DNA of 64,000 nt from Candidatus Planktophila sp. Lineage in GTDB: Bacteria > Actinomycetota > Actinomycetes > Nanopelagicales > Nanopelagicaceae. This document shows, in pieces, positions 19,626 to 28,893 of the stretch; the stretch's first letter is position 1, and each line of letters opens with the position of its first letter. The stretch lies in the NCBI GenBank assembly GCA_044346555.1, contig JBIIYZ010000004.1, positions 6,361 to 70,360 on the forward strand, written 5' to 3'. The notes under the pieces were generated by a model, which searched no databases, had not been told where the DNA came from, and worked only from the letters and a program-made list of their open reading frames with translations. The position numbers were made by a program, and so were the translations under genes.

Positions 19626-19733
19626 AGTAAAACTCCTAAGTAGAAAAGTGAGAAATATGGTCAATTAGGCAGGACCCCGCCAGAAGGCAAGAGTATCGGC
19701 AATGCCCAGTTGAGTTCTACTTAGGCACAATAA
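19626..19733 (-). promoter_or_regulatory. Candidate structured RNA leader of ahcY that partly sequesters the SD
   Basis: Perfect 11-bp inverted repeat 19635-19645/19715-19725, with two nested helices; 3' arm covers AGG of AGGAG. Confidence 0.45.
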
Positions 19734-21095
19734 TCAAGCGTTAATTAGCGCCAATAGCTCATCACGATGGGCCGCCATATGTACCGCAGTATCGGCTTCT
19801 ACATTTAAGCGCAGCAGGGGTTCGGTATTTGATGCACGAACGTTGAACCACCAGTCTTTTGTAGAAACGGTTAAACCATCAAGTTCGTCAATCTCAAATT
19901 CAGAAAGCGCGGCATACTTTTCTCGAATAGCTTTTAAAACTTCGGCAGAATCTGCCACTTGTGAATTGACTTCGCCGCTTGCAACATATCTTTTGAATGG
20001 TGCGAGCAGTTGAGAAATAGTCTGGTCAGACTCTCCCAGTGCAGCCAAAGCATGAAGTGCAGCCAAAGCACCAGAATCTGCTCGCCAAAAATCTTTAAAG
20101 TAGAAGTGGCCAGAATGCTCGCCACCAAAAACTGCGCCAGTCTCTGCCATAAGTGCCTTTATGTAGGAATGCCCAACTCTTGATCTAACCGGTACTCCAC
20201 CTAACTCATTGATTACTTCGACCACGGTTCGGGAAGAGATCAGACTATGGATAATTGTGGCACCTGGGTTTTTTGCTAACTCGCGACTAGCAATAAGAGC
20301 AGTGAGCAAAGATGGGTCAACTGTTTCACCCTTTTCATCTACCAAGAAACAACGATCGGCATCACCATCAAAAGCTAAACCGATATCAGCTCTTTCTGCC
20401 AGTACCGCTTTCTGTAGATCTCGTATATTCGCTGGATCAATTGGATTAGCTTCATGGTTAGGGAAATTGCCATCGAGTTCAAAGTAAAGCGGAATTATCT
20501 CAGCGCCTAGGCGATCAAATATTGCCGGCGCAGTAAAACCAGCCATTCCATTACCTGCGTCAATAACTATCTTCAGGCGACGATTACCTTTGAAAGAGAC
20601 CAGTTTATGTAAATGATCAGCATATGCTTGAAGTAAATCTTCATGGGTTTCAACACCTGCCGGGCGCATCGCAACTGGCATACCTTGACGGACAAATTTC
20701 TCGATTGTCTGCAGGCCAGTCTCTTTGCCAATTGGACGAGCCCCACTTAGGCATAACTTTATGCCGTTATAAGCCGCTGGATTATGGCTGGCAGTAAACA
20801 TCGCACCTGGCAAGTTCTTTGACCCCGCCGCGAAATAAAGTAGATCGGTCGATGCTAAACCTATGCGAATTACATCTGTTCCGTTACTGGTTACACCAGC
20901 AGAAAAAGCCTCTGCCAGTTCTGGTGACGAAAGGCGCATATCTTCGCCAATAATGACCGTACTTGGCTCACGTTTCATTTCAAGAAATCTAGCAAATGCT
21001 AATCCGACGGCAAAAGCAAAATCTGGCGAAAGTTCGGTATCTACTAAACCGCGAATGTCATACGCTTTAAAAATATTGGGGATATCTTCATTCAT
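19734..21095 (-). CDS. manB: Phosphomannomutase/phosphoglucomutase
   Basis: FKAYDIRG, TASHNP (phospho-Ser), DGDADR, GEHSGHFYF, RASNTEPLLRLNVE. Confidence 0.92.
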   Translation of the reverse strand: MNEDIPNIFKAYDIRGLVDTELSPDFAFAVGLAFARFLEMKREPSTVIIGEDMRLSSPELAEAFSAGVTSNGTDVIRIGLASTDLLYFAAGSKNLPGAMFTASHNPAAYNGIKLCLSGARPIGKETGLQTIEKFVRQGMPVAMRPAGVETHEDLLQAYADHLHKLVSFKGNRRLKIVIDAGNGMAGFTAPAIFDRLGAEIIPLYFELDGNFPNHEANPIDPANIRDLQKAVLAERADIGLAFDGDADRCFLVDEKGETVDPSLLTALIASRELAKNPGATIIHSLISSRTVVEVINELGGVPVRSRVGHSYIKALMAETGAVFGGEHSGHFYFKDFWRADSGALAALHALAALGESDQTISQLLAPFKRYVASGEVNSQVADSAEVLKAIREKYAALSEFEIDELDGLTVSTKDWWFNVRASNTEPLLRLNVEADTAVHMAAHRDELLALINA

Positions 21096-21109
21096 AACTA
21101 TTTCTTCAA

Positions 21110-21487
21110 TTACTTATTTGGTACAGCTCGAAGGTGACCTCGTCGACCAATGTGTTCAGAACTTGCTGCCAGTGTTGCAGCTGATGAAGCGCTTTCGGCA
21201 ATCGGAGTCGCAGCTACTTCGCGAACTGCATCAGCGATAGCCATCAAATCATCACTAGAAGGACCGCTCTGACTATCTGAAATTTGCGCGCGAATAACTT
21301 CCCAACCATTTGGGACTGTTAAACGTTCTGCGTGAATTTCGCATAGATCGTACGCATGCGGTTCAGAATAAGTTGCCAGTGGACCAACTACTGCGGTTGA
21401 TTCGGCATAAATGTAGGTCAAAGTCATAGTTGCCATGCGACGGCAACTGGCGCGAGAACACGCGCGACCTACTTTTAGCGAACTCAT
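21110..21487 (-). CDS. DUF3499 domain protein
   Basis: CSRASC...TLTYIYAESTAVVGPLATYSEPHAYDLC..HAERLTVPNGWEV; ends GHLRAV. Confidence 0.9.
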   Translation of the reverse strand: MSSLKVGRACSRASCRRMATMTLTYIYAESTAVVGPLATYSEPHAYDLCEIHAERLTVPNGWEVIRAQISDSQSGPSSDDLMAIADAVREVAATPIAESASSAATLAASSEHIGRRGHLRAVPNK

Positions 21488-21529
21488 ATGACTCAGATTA
21501 GTGGGCAGTCGCTCAAAAACTTGGGATTT

Positions 21530-22831
21530 TTATGGATTTAGAACCCGAATGTTTGACGACGGTATTGCCACTTTAGTCAGTTCGGCACCTGTAGCTATTG
21601 GGAAAAAGGCATAACCACTCTTGGCCGCGATTAAAGCACCTGCGTAATTTTCAACACCGGCTCGAAGAACTTTGATTGAGATCGTGTTGTTTGGGACTTG
21701 CCAAGTAACTAGATCTGAACCAGTAATGCTCTTTTCCTTAACCTTGCCATTTGAATACTGGATTTGAAGATCAACTGCAATGGCATCACCAGCAAGGACA
21801 ATTTTCGGCAAGAGTCCGCCTAGCGAGATCTGCATGGGGATCAGAGCTGGCGAAGGGGTGCTCCAGACAAAGTCGCTATTTCCATTAGAGGTGGCGCGAG
21901 AGCGAACCGCAGCGACTATTGGTTGATCTGAGGTCAACTTAAATGCAAAAGCTCCCTTTGCTACGTCTGGTTTGAGTTTCAATTCCACGACTTTCCCGCT
22001 GACTAATTTACGTTCGTTAAATCCGGTTGGAATAAATCGACCGTCACTAGAGAGCAGTTCAAGCGAGACATTGGCATCAGCTACCCCAGGGACAAATATG
22101 CGCAGATAATGATTTGGGGCTTTTTTCTTGACTAGCTGTTGAGGAATACCGGTTATAACAAATTTTCGCGATGGTGCTGGAATCGCATTTACTGAATCTC
22201 CACCTAGCTTCTTTAAACCTTTAACCCGTTCATCAATCAAGTAGCTATTAATCCGGCCAGATCTGGCAACTACTTGAACCACAATGCTTGAATCTCCCGG
22301 TGCCAAGGAATCTAGTTTTACTGCCGCACTTGAGTTAGCTTTCAAAGAAAGAGTTTTTACCGCTTGTTCGCCATTTTCACTCCATGTGAAAACATCCACA
22401 ATCGAGACACTTAAGCCACTATTTACTAAATAAATCTTGCCTTTACTGCTTACATCTGAATTACCGCCGACAAACCATTGCGAGGTAGCTGGAGCGGTGC
22501 AGAGAACGGAGCCAGCCCATACACCGGTGCGACTTTGGAAACTAACTGGAGTTAGACCTTCAGTTTGCAACAAGATTGGATCACTGACACTGGAATATCT
22601 AAGTGTTTTGATATCTACTAACTTTGTACTCTTATTTCCTACCCGATAAAACGGCGTTTTCTTCGACGCTACTGAAGTTGAAGTAGTGACGCCAGTTGGA
22701 TTTGGCGGGCAGACTACAGCGGGATAGGACTTAGAAAATTGGCGTGCACTGGTATTCGCATCAAACATATTGGTGGCCAATAAAACTAAAGTTATTACGC
22801 CAGCTAAAATCACGCCCTTCTGAAACTTCAT
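21530..22831 (-). CDS. Secreted/membrane-anchored protein (DUF5719-like)
   Basis: N-terminal signal/TM, LVNSG...VDV, beta-rich; usual partner downstream of the large GT2. Confidence 0.65.
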   Translation of the reverse strand: MKFQKGVILAGVITLVLLATNMFDANTSARQFSKSYPAVVCPPNPTGVTTSTSVASKKTPFYRVGNKSTKLVDIKTLRYSSVSDPILLQTEGLTPVSFQSRTGVWAGSVLCTAPATSQWFVGGNSDVSSKGKIYLVNSGLSVSIVDVFTWSENGEQAVKTLSLKANSSAAVKLDSLAPGDSSIVVQVVARSGRINSYLIDERVKGLKKLGGDSVNAIPAPSRKFVITGIPQQLVKKKAPNHYLRIFVPGVADANVSLELLSSDGRFIPTGFNERKLVSGKVVELKLKPDVAKGAFAFKLTSDQPIVAAVRSRATSNGNSDFVWSTPSPALIPMQISLGGLLPKIVLAGDAIAVDLQIQYSNGKVKEKSITGSDLVTWQVPNNTISIKVLRAGVENYAGALIAAKSGYAFFPIATGAELTKVAIPSSNIRVLNP

Positions 22832-25800
22832 GAGAGCTCCATCTCTGAGATCTCGCGTTTACGACGTCCGGCAGGTAGCGCCAAGATAATCAAAGCTACC
22901 CAAGCAATAAACTGCAGACTAAGTGCGCCGCGACGAAGAGTTCCATCATGAATCAAAGTGAACTCGCCCGCTTCCAGGACTTTGAATTGAGGAAGCCCGG
23001 TCTCGTTCTCGCTTCGTTCAAGCTTTAGGCCATTCTGCAGAATTTGCCAACCTAAATCATAATTCTCTGTCAGCGTAATTACTCCTGGACCTGGAACACT
23101 CGTAGTAACACCGATTCCACCGCTAGCAAGCAACGTGACCTCACCGTTTGTGTTTGTAAAAATCAAGCGACCAGTTGGCTCACTAACTTTCCAAACTATG
23201 CCATCTGCTGTTGCTGAAGTGCGAGTAAATCCACCAAGAGCATCGATAGTGCGAACCACATCTTTATTAATCGGATTCTTTGCAAATAAATACTTGATGC
23301 CAAAATCAGCAAAAGTCTTGCTAGTAGTCAGGCCACTTCCGTCAGCGAGTTCAATCACTGCTTTTGCGATAGCTGGATCTTGCGTCGGAGCAACATCTGG
23401 TTCGCCGAGAGTAATATCTGAACCGCGCGAGATGTAGAAAGCGAGCGAAGTAAGATCGCGATTAGCAATTTCTCTAAGAACCAGAGTTTTTGCATCTAAT
23501 TCAACGCCGAGATATTCCGGCAAAATGTTTGCACTCTTGGTGTAGACCGGCGAAGAATCTGCTTGCGTAATGTTCCAAGAAATTGCAGTTGCCGAATATC
23601 CCAAAGTGATAAGTAATAGGCCAGCAGATAAAATGTGACGATAATTCACATTTGTGGCAATCAAGTAATCACGCAAGTCGTTGAGAATAATGGTGCCAAC
23701 AGTTACGGCAGCCAAAGTCGCAACAGCTAAGAAGACGCCGACCCAAAGTTGAGTAGGTGCGATTGTGCCATTACCGGTAATTGAGAGGGAGCTTAAAACT
23801 GATGAAAGCAGCAAGAAGGTTAGTCCCACTTTGGCGACTTGACGCATTTGAGTGCTCGCAAAATAAGCTACTAATAAAACTATTGTGAGTGGACTAATTG
23901 CCCACCAAGGTAGCGCGCCAGGACCACCTGGATTGCCTAAGAACGCCAGATTAGGGCCGCCACCACTTAGCAAAATTCCGGGTTCGTAAAGAAAACGATT
24001 TGGATCAATGATTGCAACCAGTGACCAGGGTGCTGTAACGATTAATGGTGTAACCAATAGCGCAATTCGACGCCTTAACTTCTGATCAAAAAGCTCTTTA
24101 TCTAAATTTTTGTTAAAGACTTGGAAATCGAGACCGATTCCTATTGCGGTTACCACCAAAAGGGCAAGCCAAACCATCAAGGTAAATGAGGTTGCAATTG
24201 AAAGCAGAAGAGCAACCCCAAAAATTCGACGCCATGAAATACGTTCAAAGCTATCTAGGGTTGGAATGCTTGCAACGATCCAGGGCAAAAGAATTAGCAG
24301 AATTAAAGTACCGAGCCGCCCGGTATTAACACTTGCGATTGCCACCGGACTAATCGCATAAAGCATGCTCGCCGATACGCGCAACCAAGCATTGGTCGTA
24401 ACTAGTTTTAAAAACTTATATGCCGAAACGGCCATGATTGCCGGCGCTAAGAAGATTAGTGATGTTATCAACACGGCCGGCTTGCCAAAGAAGAAAATTG
24501 ATAGAAGCGAGAGAAGTGCGACCCAAGGAGGCGTTGGAGCTGAGCTTCCCATGCCTACTTGATGCCAAGATTCAATGTAGCTGCGCCAGAGTGAACTTGT
24601 GCCGTGAGGCGTCGTTGCTAATGCGCCACCAATTAACGAACCGAAACGTGATCTGGAGGAAAGCAAGATAAAAATAAAGAGTGATATTCCGAGAACAACC
24701 TGTGGGCGCTTTAGCACGCTCCCCCAATTAACTACCTTGGCTGGGGTTAGCAGATCTGCATCATCATTGAACTCTTCATCAATGTCGTTATCAGTTGGAA
24801 GTTTTGCAAAAATTCGATTTCGGATTGATTCCAAAAAGTTATTAAGTCCGTTTCGATATTGAGTGAAACGAGGCGGGATGAAATCGGCAATTACCCGTGG
24901 TGGTAGCAAGCGATGAATTCGGCGCTCTTTACGTGCCGCTCGAAGAACTGCTGGTCGAAAAATGAGCGAAGCAATCGCCAAGATTTCATCACTGGCATAG
25001 CCAGGCAATTTTGCAATTAGGTAGCCGATAGATCTGACTGCCGCACCAGCAATGAGCTGCAGAATTAACCACGGTAAAAGCCAGGCAGATGAATTTGCTA
25101 ACAAAACGTAGGCTGAATTTCGCCGGTCTAACAGCAACGGGCGATGTAGAAATGCGCCTTCTACATCGACTGGTCTGCGTTCAGAAGCTGCTGCTTGGGC
25201 GTGAAATGCGACCGAATCTGTAACGACAATAACTGAATGCCCGGCCATGCGAATGCGCCAACCAAAGTCAACATCATCGCGAAAGAGGGCTAGCTGTGGG
25301 TCATATCCACCAAGTTCTTCAAAAACATCTCTTCTAATGAGGGCACCTGCGGTGCTTACAGAAAGAACATCTCGTACGCCATCGTGTTGACCTTGGTCAT
25401 ACTCGTGAGATTCCATTCCAGTCCAGCGCGCACCATTGTTAGTAATGCTTACGCCAACTTCAAGTAAGTGTGAGCGATCGTGCCAACCTAATAATTTTGG
25501 TCCAGCCATAGCTACGTTAGGACGATCAACGAGTTGCGCTAACAACTTTTCAAGGGCGTCAGATTTAGGTGCGCAATCATCATGAATAACCCAAATCCAT
25601 TCATTGCGTTCATTATTTGACTTAGGAAATTTCTCAACTGCGCGATAAACCGCATCGCCAAATCCAGCATCACGCGGCATTGCCAGAACTGGAATTTTTG
25701 CAGCTTTTAAAAGTGCCGCCGACTTATCTTCTGAACCAGTATCAACGGCCACAATTTGATCTAACCTGCGCGTTTGTGAGGATAGCGCGGCTACAACTTC

Positions 25801-25878
25801 GGGTAACCAAAGTGCTCCGTCGTGAGAAACTATTACAGCTGTGACATGAAACGGATCAGTAATTTTCGTCGTCGCCAT
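22828..25878 (-). CDS. Large GT2 glycosyltransferase with multi-TM C-terminal region
   Basis: VIVSHDG, VDTGS, WVIHDDC (DxD), GGYDP...FRDDVDFGWR; about 12 hydrophobic segments. Confidence 0.9.
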   Translation of the reverse strand: MATTKITDPFHVTAVIVSHDGALWLPEVVAALSSQTRRLDQIVAVDTGSEDKSAALLKAAKIPVLAMPRDAGFGDAVYRAVEKFPKSNNERNEWIWVIHDDCAPKSDALEKLLAQLVDRPNVAMAGPKLLGWHDRSHLLEVGVSITNNGARWTGMESHEYDQGQHDGVRDVLSVSTAGALIRRDVFEELGGYDPQLALFRDDVDFGWRIRMAGHSVIVVTDSVAFHAQAAASERRPVDVEGAFLHRPLLLDRRNSAYVLLANSSAWLLPWLILQLIAGAAVRSIGYLIAKLPGYASDEILAIASLIFRPAVLRAARKERRIHRLLPPRVIADFIPPRFTQYRNGLNNFLESIRNRIFAKLPTDNDIDEEFNDDADLLTPAKVVNWGSVLKRPQVVLGISLFIFILLSSRSRFGSLIGGALATTPHGTSSLWRSYIESWHQVGMGSSAPTPPWVALLSLLSIFFFGKPAVLITSLIFLAPAIMAVSAYKFLKLVTTNAWLRVSASMLYAISPVAIASVNTGRLGTLILLILLPWIVASIPTLDSFERISWRRIFGVALLLSIATSFTLMVWLALLVVTAIGIGLDFQVFNKNLDKELFDQKLRRRIALLVTPLIVTAPWSLVAIIDPNRFLYEPGILLSGGGPNLAFLGNPGGPGALPWWAISPLTIVLLVAYFASTQMRQVAKVGLTFLLLSSVLSSLSITGNGTIAPTQLWVGVFLAVATLAAVTVGTIILNDLRDYLIATNVNYRHILSAGLLLITLGYSATAISWNITQADSSPVYTKSANILPEYLGVELDAKTLVLREIANRDLTSLAFYISRGSDITLGEPDVAPTQDPAIAKAVIELADGSGLTTSKTFADFGIKYLFAKNPINKDVVRTIDALGGFTRTSATADGIVWKVSEPTGRLIFTNTNGEVTLLASGGIGVTTSVPGPGVITLTENYDLGWQILQNGLKLERSENETGLPQFKVLEAGEFTLIHDGTLRRGALSLQFIAWVALIILALPAGRRKREISEMELS

Positions 25879-25929
25879 AATTTGTGGTGGCGTTTCTAAT
25901 TGGTTTCCTAATTAATCGAAATAAATCGA

Positions 25930-26220
25930 TTAAGCAGGTCGACGCTTAAGTCGACGTCGCTCTCGCTCGGAAAGTCCGCCCCAAATTCCAAATCGCTCAT
26001 CATGTGCAAGAGCGTATTCGAGACATTCAGCGCGAACATCGCAGGAAAGACAAACTCGTTTTGCTTCGCGAGTAGATCCGCCCTTTTCTGGGAAAAAAGC
26101 TTCGGGATCTGTTTGCGCACATAGTGCGCGTTCTTGCCAGGAAAGCTCAACGCTTTCGCCACTGGCTAATTGAATTACGGGACCTGAGGAGGAAGGGTTT
26201 TGTGCGGGACGAATCGGCAT
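25930..26220 (-). CDS. whiB2: WhiB family regulator (WhiB2/WhmD type)
   Basis: WQERALCAQTDPEAFFPEKGGSTREAKRVC..C..C, GIWGGLSERERRRL. Confidence 0.93.
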   Translation of the reverse strand: MPIRPAQNPSSSGPVIQLASGESVELSWQERALCAQTDPEAFFPEKGGSTREAKRVCLSCDVRAECLEYALAHDERFGIWGGLSERERRRLKRRPA

Positions 26221-26281
26221 TAATAACTCTCCACATAAATAGTGGCCCCGCCCTGACGGCGTGTGGCCTTCTCTTAGGTGA

Positions 26282-26310
26282 ATTACACGCGTGTAAGTCA
26301 GTTAAGTCAA
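26282..26310 (-). promoter_or_regulatory. SigA-type promoter of whiB2 with a 14-bp palindrome
   Basis: Minus strand TTGACT (26310-26305), N17, TGTAAT (26287-26282); TTACACGCGTGTAA at 26283-26296. Confidence 0.7.
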
Positions 26311-26382
26311 GCCCAACCAGGCCGAAAAAGGGCAAATTGGACGCGAATTAGGCGTAAAAACTCAAGTTGTGGTTGAGAGTTT

Positions 26383-27354
26383 CTAAAGCTTTAAATCAAT
26401 TATCTCGCCGCCCGCGAGGTAAGCACCCTTAGCGTGGGTATCTTTCAACACCGTTGTATTTGATTCTACAAAAACGCTTTCTAATCGAGAGCCCTCAGCA
26501 ATTACTGCGCCATCTCTAATAATTGAAGCCACAATTTCTACGTTAGCCCCGATAGTTACATTATGACCAATTGCGCTAGCGCCCCTAATTTTCGCACTCG
26601 TCGAAATATTTGAATTTTCACCAACAATAAAATCGCGACTTCCCACATAATCTTGCGAACCTTTTAGTAAAGCTTTCGGAGTTCCCATATCTAACCAATA
26701 CGAATCATCTACAAATGCTTGAATAACTTTTCCGGCCTTGAGTAGCTCGGGAAACACTTCGCGTTCAACGCTAACAACTTTGCCAAGTTCTATTTCTTTT
26801 ACCACTTGTGAGCTAAAAACATAGCACCCTGCATTGATGGTATTTGTGATTGGGTTTTCCATTTTTTCAAGGAAGTCCGTTACTCGACCAGTTTCATCAA
26901 ATGGAACACACCCATATGGGCGAGCATCTTCGACACTAACTAAGTGCAGAGTAGCCGCCGCCGACGAAGATTGATGTAACTTTATCTGGGCAGCTAAATT
27001 ATGTCGGCTCAGAACATCGCCATTGAAAACTACAATCGGTTCATTCTCAGAAATTTCGGCAAGAATTAACTCAGCGGCATTTCTAATTGCGCCACCAGTT
27101 CCAAGGGGTTCAGTTTCTAAAGCGTATTTTAGATCCATGCCCCAGTTAGAGCCATCTCCAAAATAAGGTGTGAATGTTTCGGCCAAATAAGCGGTGGCCA
27201 GTACTACTTTGGTGATGCCGGCAGCTTTTGCAACCAGTAATTGATGTTCAGTTACTGGCAAATTCGCAATTGGAAGCATCGGTTTAGGCGTTTTATTTGT
27301 AAGTGGTGACAATCGAGTGCCAAAACCACCAACCAAAAGAATTCCGACTGTCAT
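26383..27354 (-). CDS. manC: NDP-sugar synthase (mannose-1-phosphate guanylyltransferase-like)
   Basis: LVGGFGTRLSPLT..TPKPML, EPLGTGG, NGDV, FLEK, WLDMGTP, short beta-helix tail. Confidence 0.85.
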   Translation of the reverse strand: MTVGILLVGGFGTRLSPLTNKTPKPMLPIANLPVTEHQLLVAKAAGITKVVLATAYLAETFTPYFGDGSNWGMDLKYALETEPLGTGGAIRNAAELILAEISENEPIVVFNGDVLSRHNLAAQIKLHQSSSAAATLHLVSVEDARPYGCVPFDETGRVTDFLEKMENPITNTINAGCYVFSSQVVKEIELGKVVSVEREVFPELLKAGKVIQAFVDDSYWLDMGTPKALLKGSQDYVGSRDFIVGENSNISTSAKIRGASAIGHNVTIGANVEIVASIIRDGAVIAEGSRLESVFVESNTTVLKDTHAKGAYLAGGEIIDLKL

Positions 27355-27356
27355 TA

Positions 27357-28442
27357 CTAGCCTTGTATTGCAGAATTAATACGTGCGGCAGCTTCAGCGA
27401 TTTGAAGGTCCGTGGCAGTCATGGCAATACGGATGTGTGATTTTCCTAGATCGCCATAGAAATTTCCGGGCGTAGCCAGAATTCCCAAATTTGCTAACCA
27501 AGCAACAGAATCCCAGTCACTTTCCTTTCGCGTACACCAGATGTAGAGGCCTGCATTTGAGTATTCGATGTGAAACCCAGCAGCTTTAAGGGCTGGTGCT
27601 AATTTTGCTCGGCGGGCGTTATAGCGAGCTCGTTGTTCGGCAACATGAGTTTCATCGCTTAACGCAATTGTCATGGCTTTTTGAATTGGCAATGGAACCA
27701 TCATCCCTGAGTGCTTACGCACTTCGCGAATGCGAGCGATTAAATCTTTATCACCAATCAAAAATGCACCGCGGTAACCAGCCATTGAAGATCTCTTTGA
27801 TAAGGAATGAACGGCGAGAATATTGTGATTGTTGCCGTTGGTGTACTGCAGAATCGAGGTTGGAACTGCATCGTCACCAAATTCTAAATAGCACTCGTCA
27901 GAGACCAAGACCGAATTGTTCGTACGAGCCCATTCAATAGCGTTTGAATATTCTTGATCACTGTGAACGCGACCAGTTGGATTTGCGGGTGAATTAACCC
28001 AAGTTAAATCAGCTTGCGGCCATCGTTCTGGGCTAATTGCAACAGCAGCTTCACTGGCACCGGCCAAAATCGCACCCACTCGATAAGTTGGGTATGCAAT
28101 TTCTGGAAAGTTAACTGACTTAGATTGCAGAAGCGTTGGCAGCCAGGCAACTAACTCTTTCGAGCCAATTAGCGGCAAGACATCAAACTCGCCGGTTGCT
28201 TTTAACTTAGTTTTTGCCCAATGAGTAATCGCGGCACGAAGTTCAGGCGTACCTGCGGTCACTGGATAGCTTGGTGAATTTGAACTATCTCTAAGGACCG
28301 CTTGAATGAATTCAGGCGTTGGGTCAACCGGAGTGCCTTGTGATAAATCAATTGCGCCACCTGGGTGTGCGCGCGCGATTTCACCGAAGGGAGCTAATGC
28401 GTCCCACGGGAAATCTGGCAGCTTCAGTTGAGAACTTTCTAT
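27357..28442 (-). CDS. dapC: Succinyldiaminopimelate transaminase; N-terminus extends about 60 codons beyond the track ORF but has no canonical start
   Basis: In-frame upstream LKLPDFPWDALAPF...IDLSQGTPVDPTP; NSPANPTG, SDECY, HSLSKRSSMAGYR; directly after fdxA. Confidence 0.85.
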   Translation of the reverse strand: MESSQLKLPDFPWDALAPFGEIARAHPGGAIDLSQGTPVDPTPEFIQAVLRDSSNSPSYPVTAGTPELRAAITHWAKTKLKATGEFDVLPLIGSKELVAWLPTLLQSKSVNFPEIAYPTYRVGAILAGASEAAVAISPERWPQADLTWVNSPANPTGRVHSDQEYSNAIEWARTNNSVLVSDECYLEFGDDAVPTSILQYTNGNNHNILAVHSLSKRSSMAGYRGAFLIGDKDLIARIREVRKHSGMMVPLPIQKAMTIALSDETHVAEQRARYNARRAKLAPALKAAGFHIEYSNAGLYIWCTRKESDWDSVAWLANLGILATPGNFYGDLGKSHIRIAMTATDLQIAEAAARINSAIQG

Positions 28443-28759
28443 TCAGACTTAGTTGGCAGGGCTACAACTGATTCGTGATCAGTATTGGTTTGGCCAACTT
28501 TGCTAGCGCCGCCCGGTGACCCGATCTCAACGAAAAATTCGGTGTTTATCTTGCCGAACTCTTGCCATTGCGCAGGAACATCATCTTCATAGTAGATAGC
28601 TTCAACCGGGCAAACTGGTTCGCAAGCTCCACAGTCAACGCACTCATCAGGTTGGATGTACAGCATTCGAGAACCCTCATAGATGCAATCAACCGGGCAT
28701 TCTTCGATGCAGGACTTATCTTTAACATCAACACAAGGTTCGGCAATTATGTACGTCAC
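28439..28759 (-). CDS. fdxA: 7Fe ferredoxin
   Basis: MTYIIAEPCVDVKDKSCIEECPVDCIYEG...CVDCGACEPVCPV. Confidence 0.97.
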   Translation of the reverse strand: MTYIIAEPCVDVKDKSCIEECPVDCIYEGSRMLYIQPDECVDCGACEPVCPVEAIYYEDDVPAQWQEFGKINTEFFVEIGSPGGASKVGQTNTDHESVVALPTKSE

Positions 28760-28893
28760 GAAGAATCCTCCAACTGGGTAGCTACTGCGGTGAATTGTAA
28801 TACCTACCGAGGTTTGCGGCGCTCTTTAACAACCGTGGTTCTTTCATCTCCTTTTGAAGGGGCATGTTTTGAATAGAGGATTATCGTTAAGCC

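Noticed and set aside
28760-28893. Short minus-strand ORFs upstream of fdxA (e.g. MPLQKEMKEPRLL..., 27 aa)
   Set aside because: No usable SD spacing or recognisable motif; the region is explained by divergent promoters
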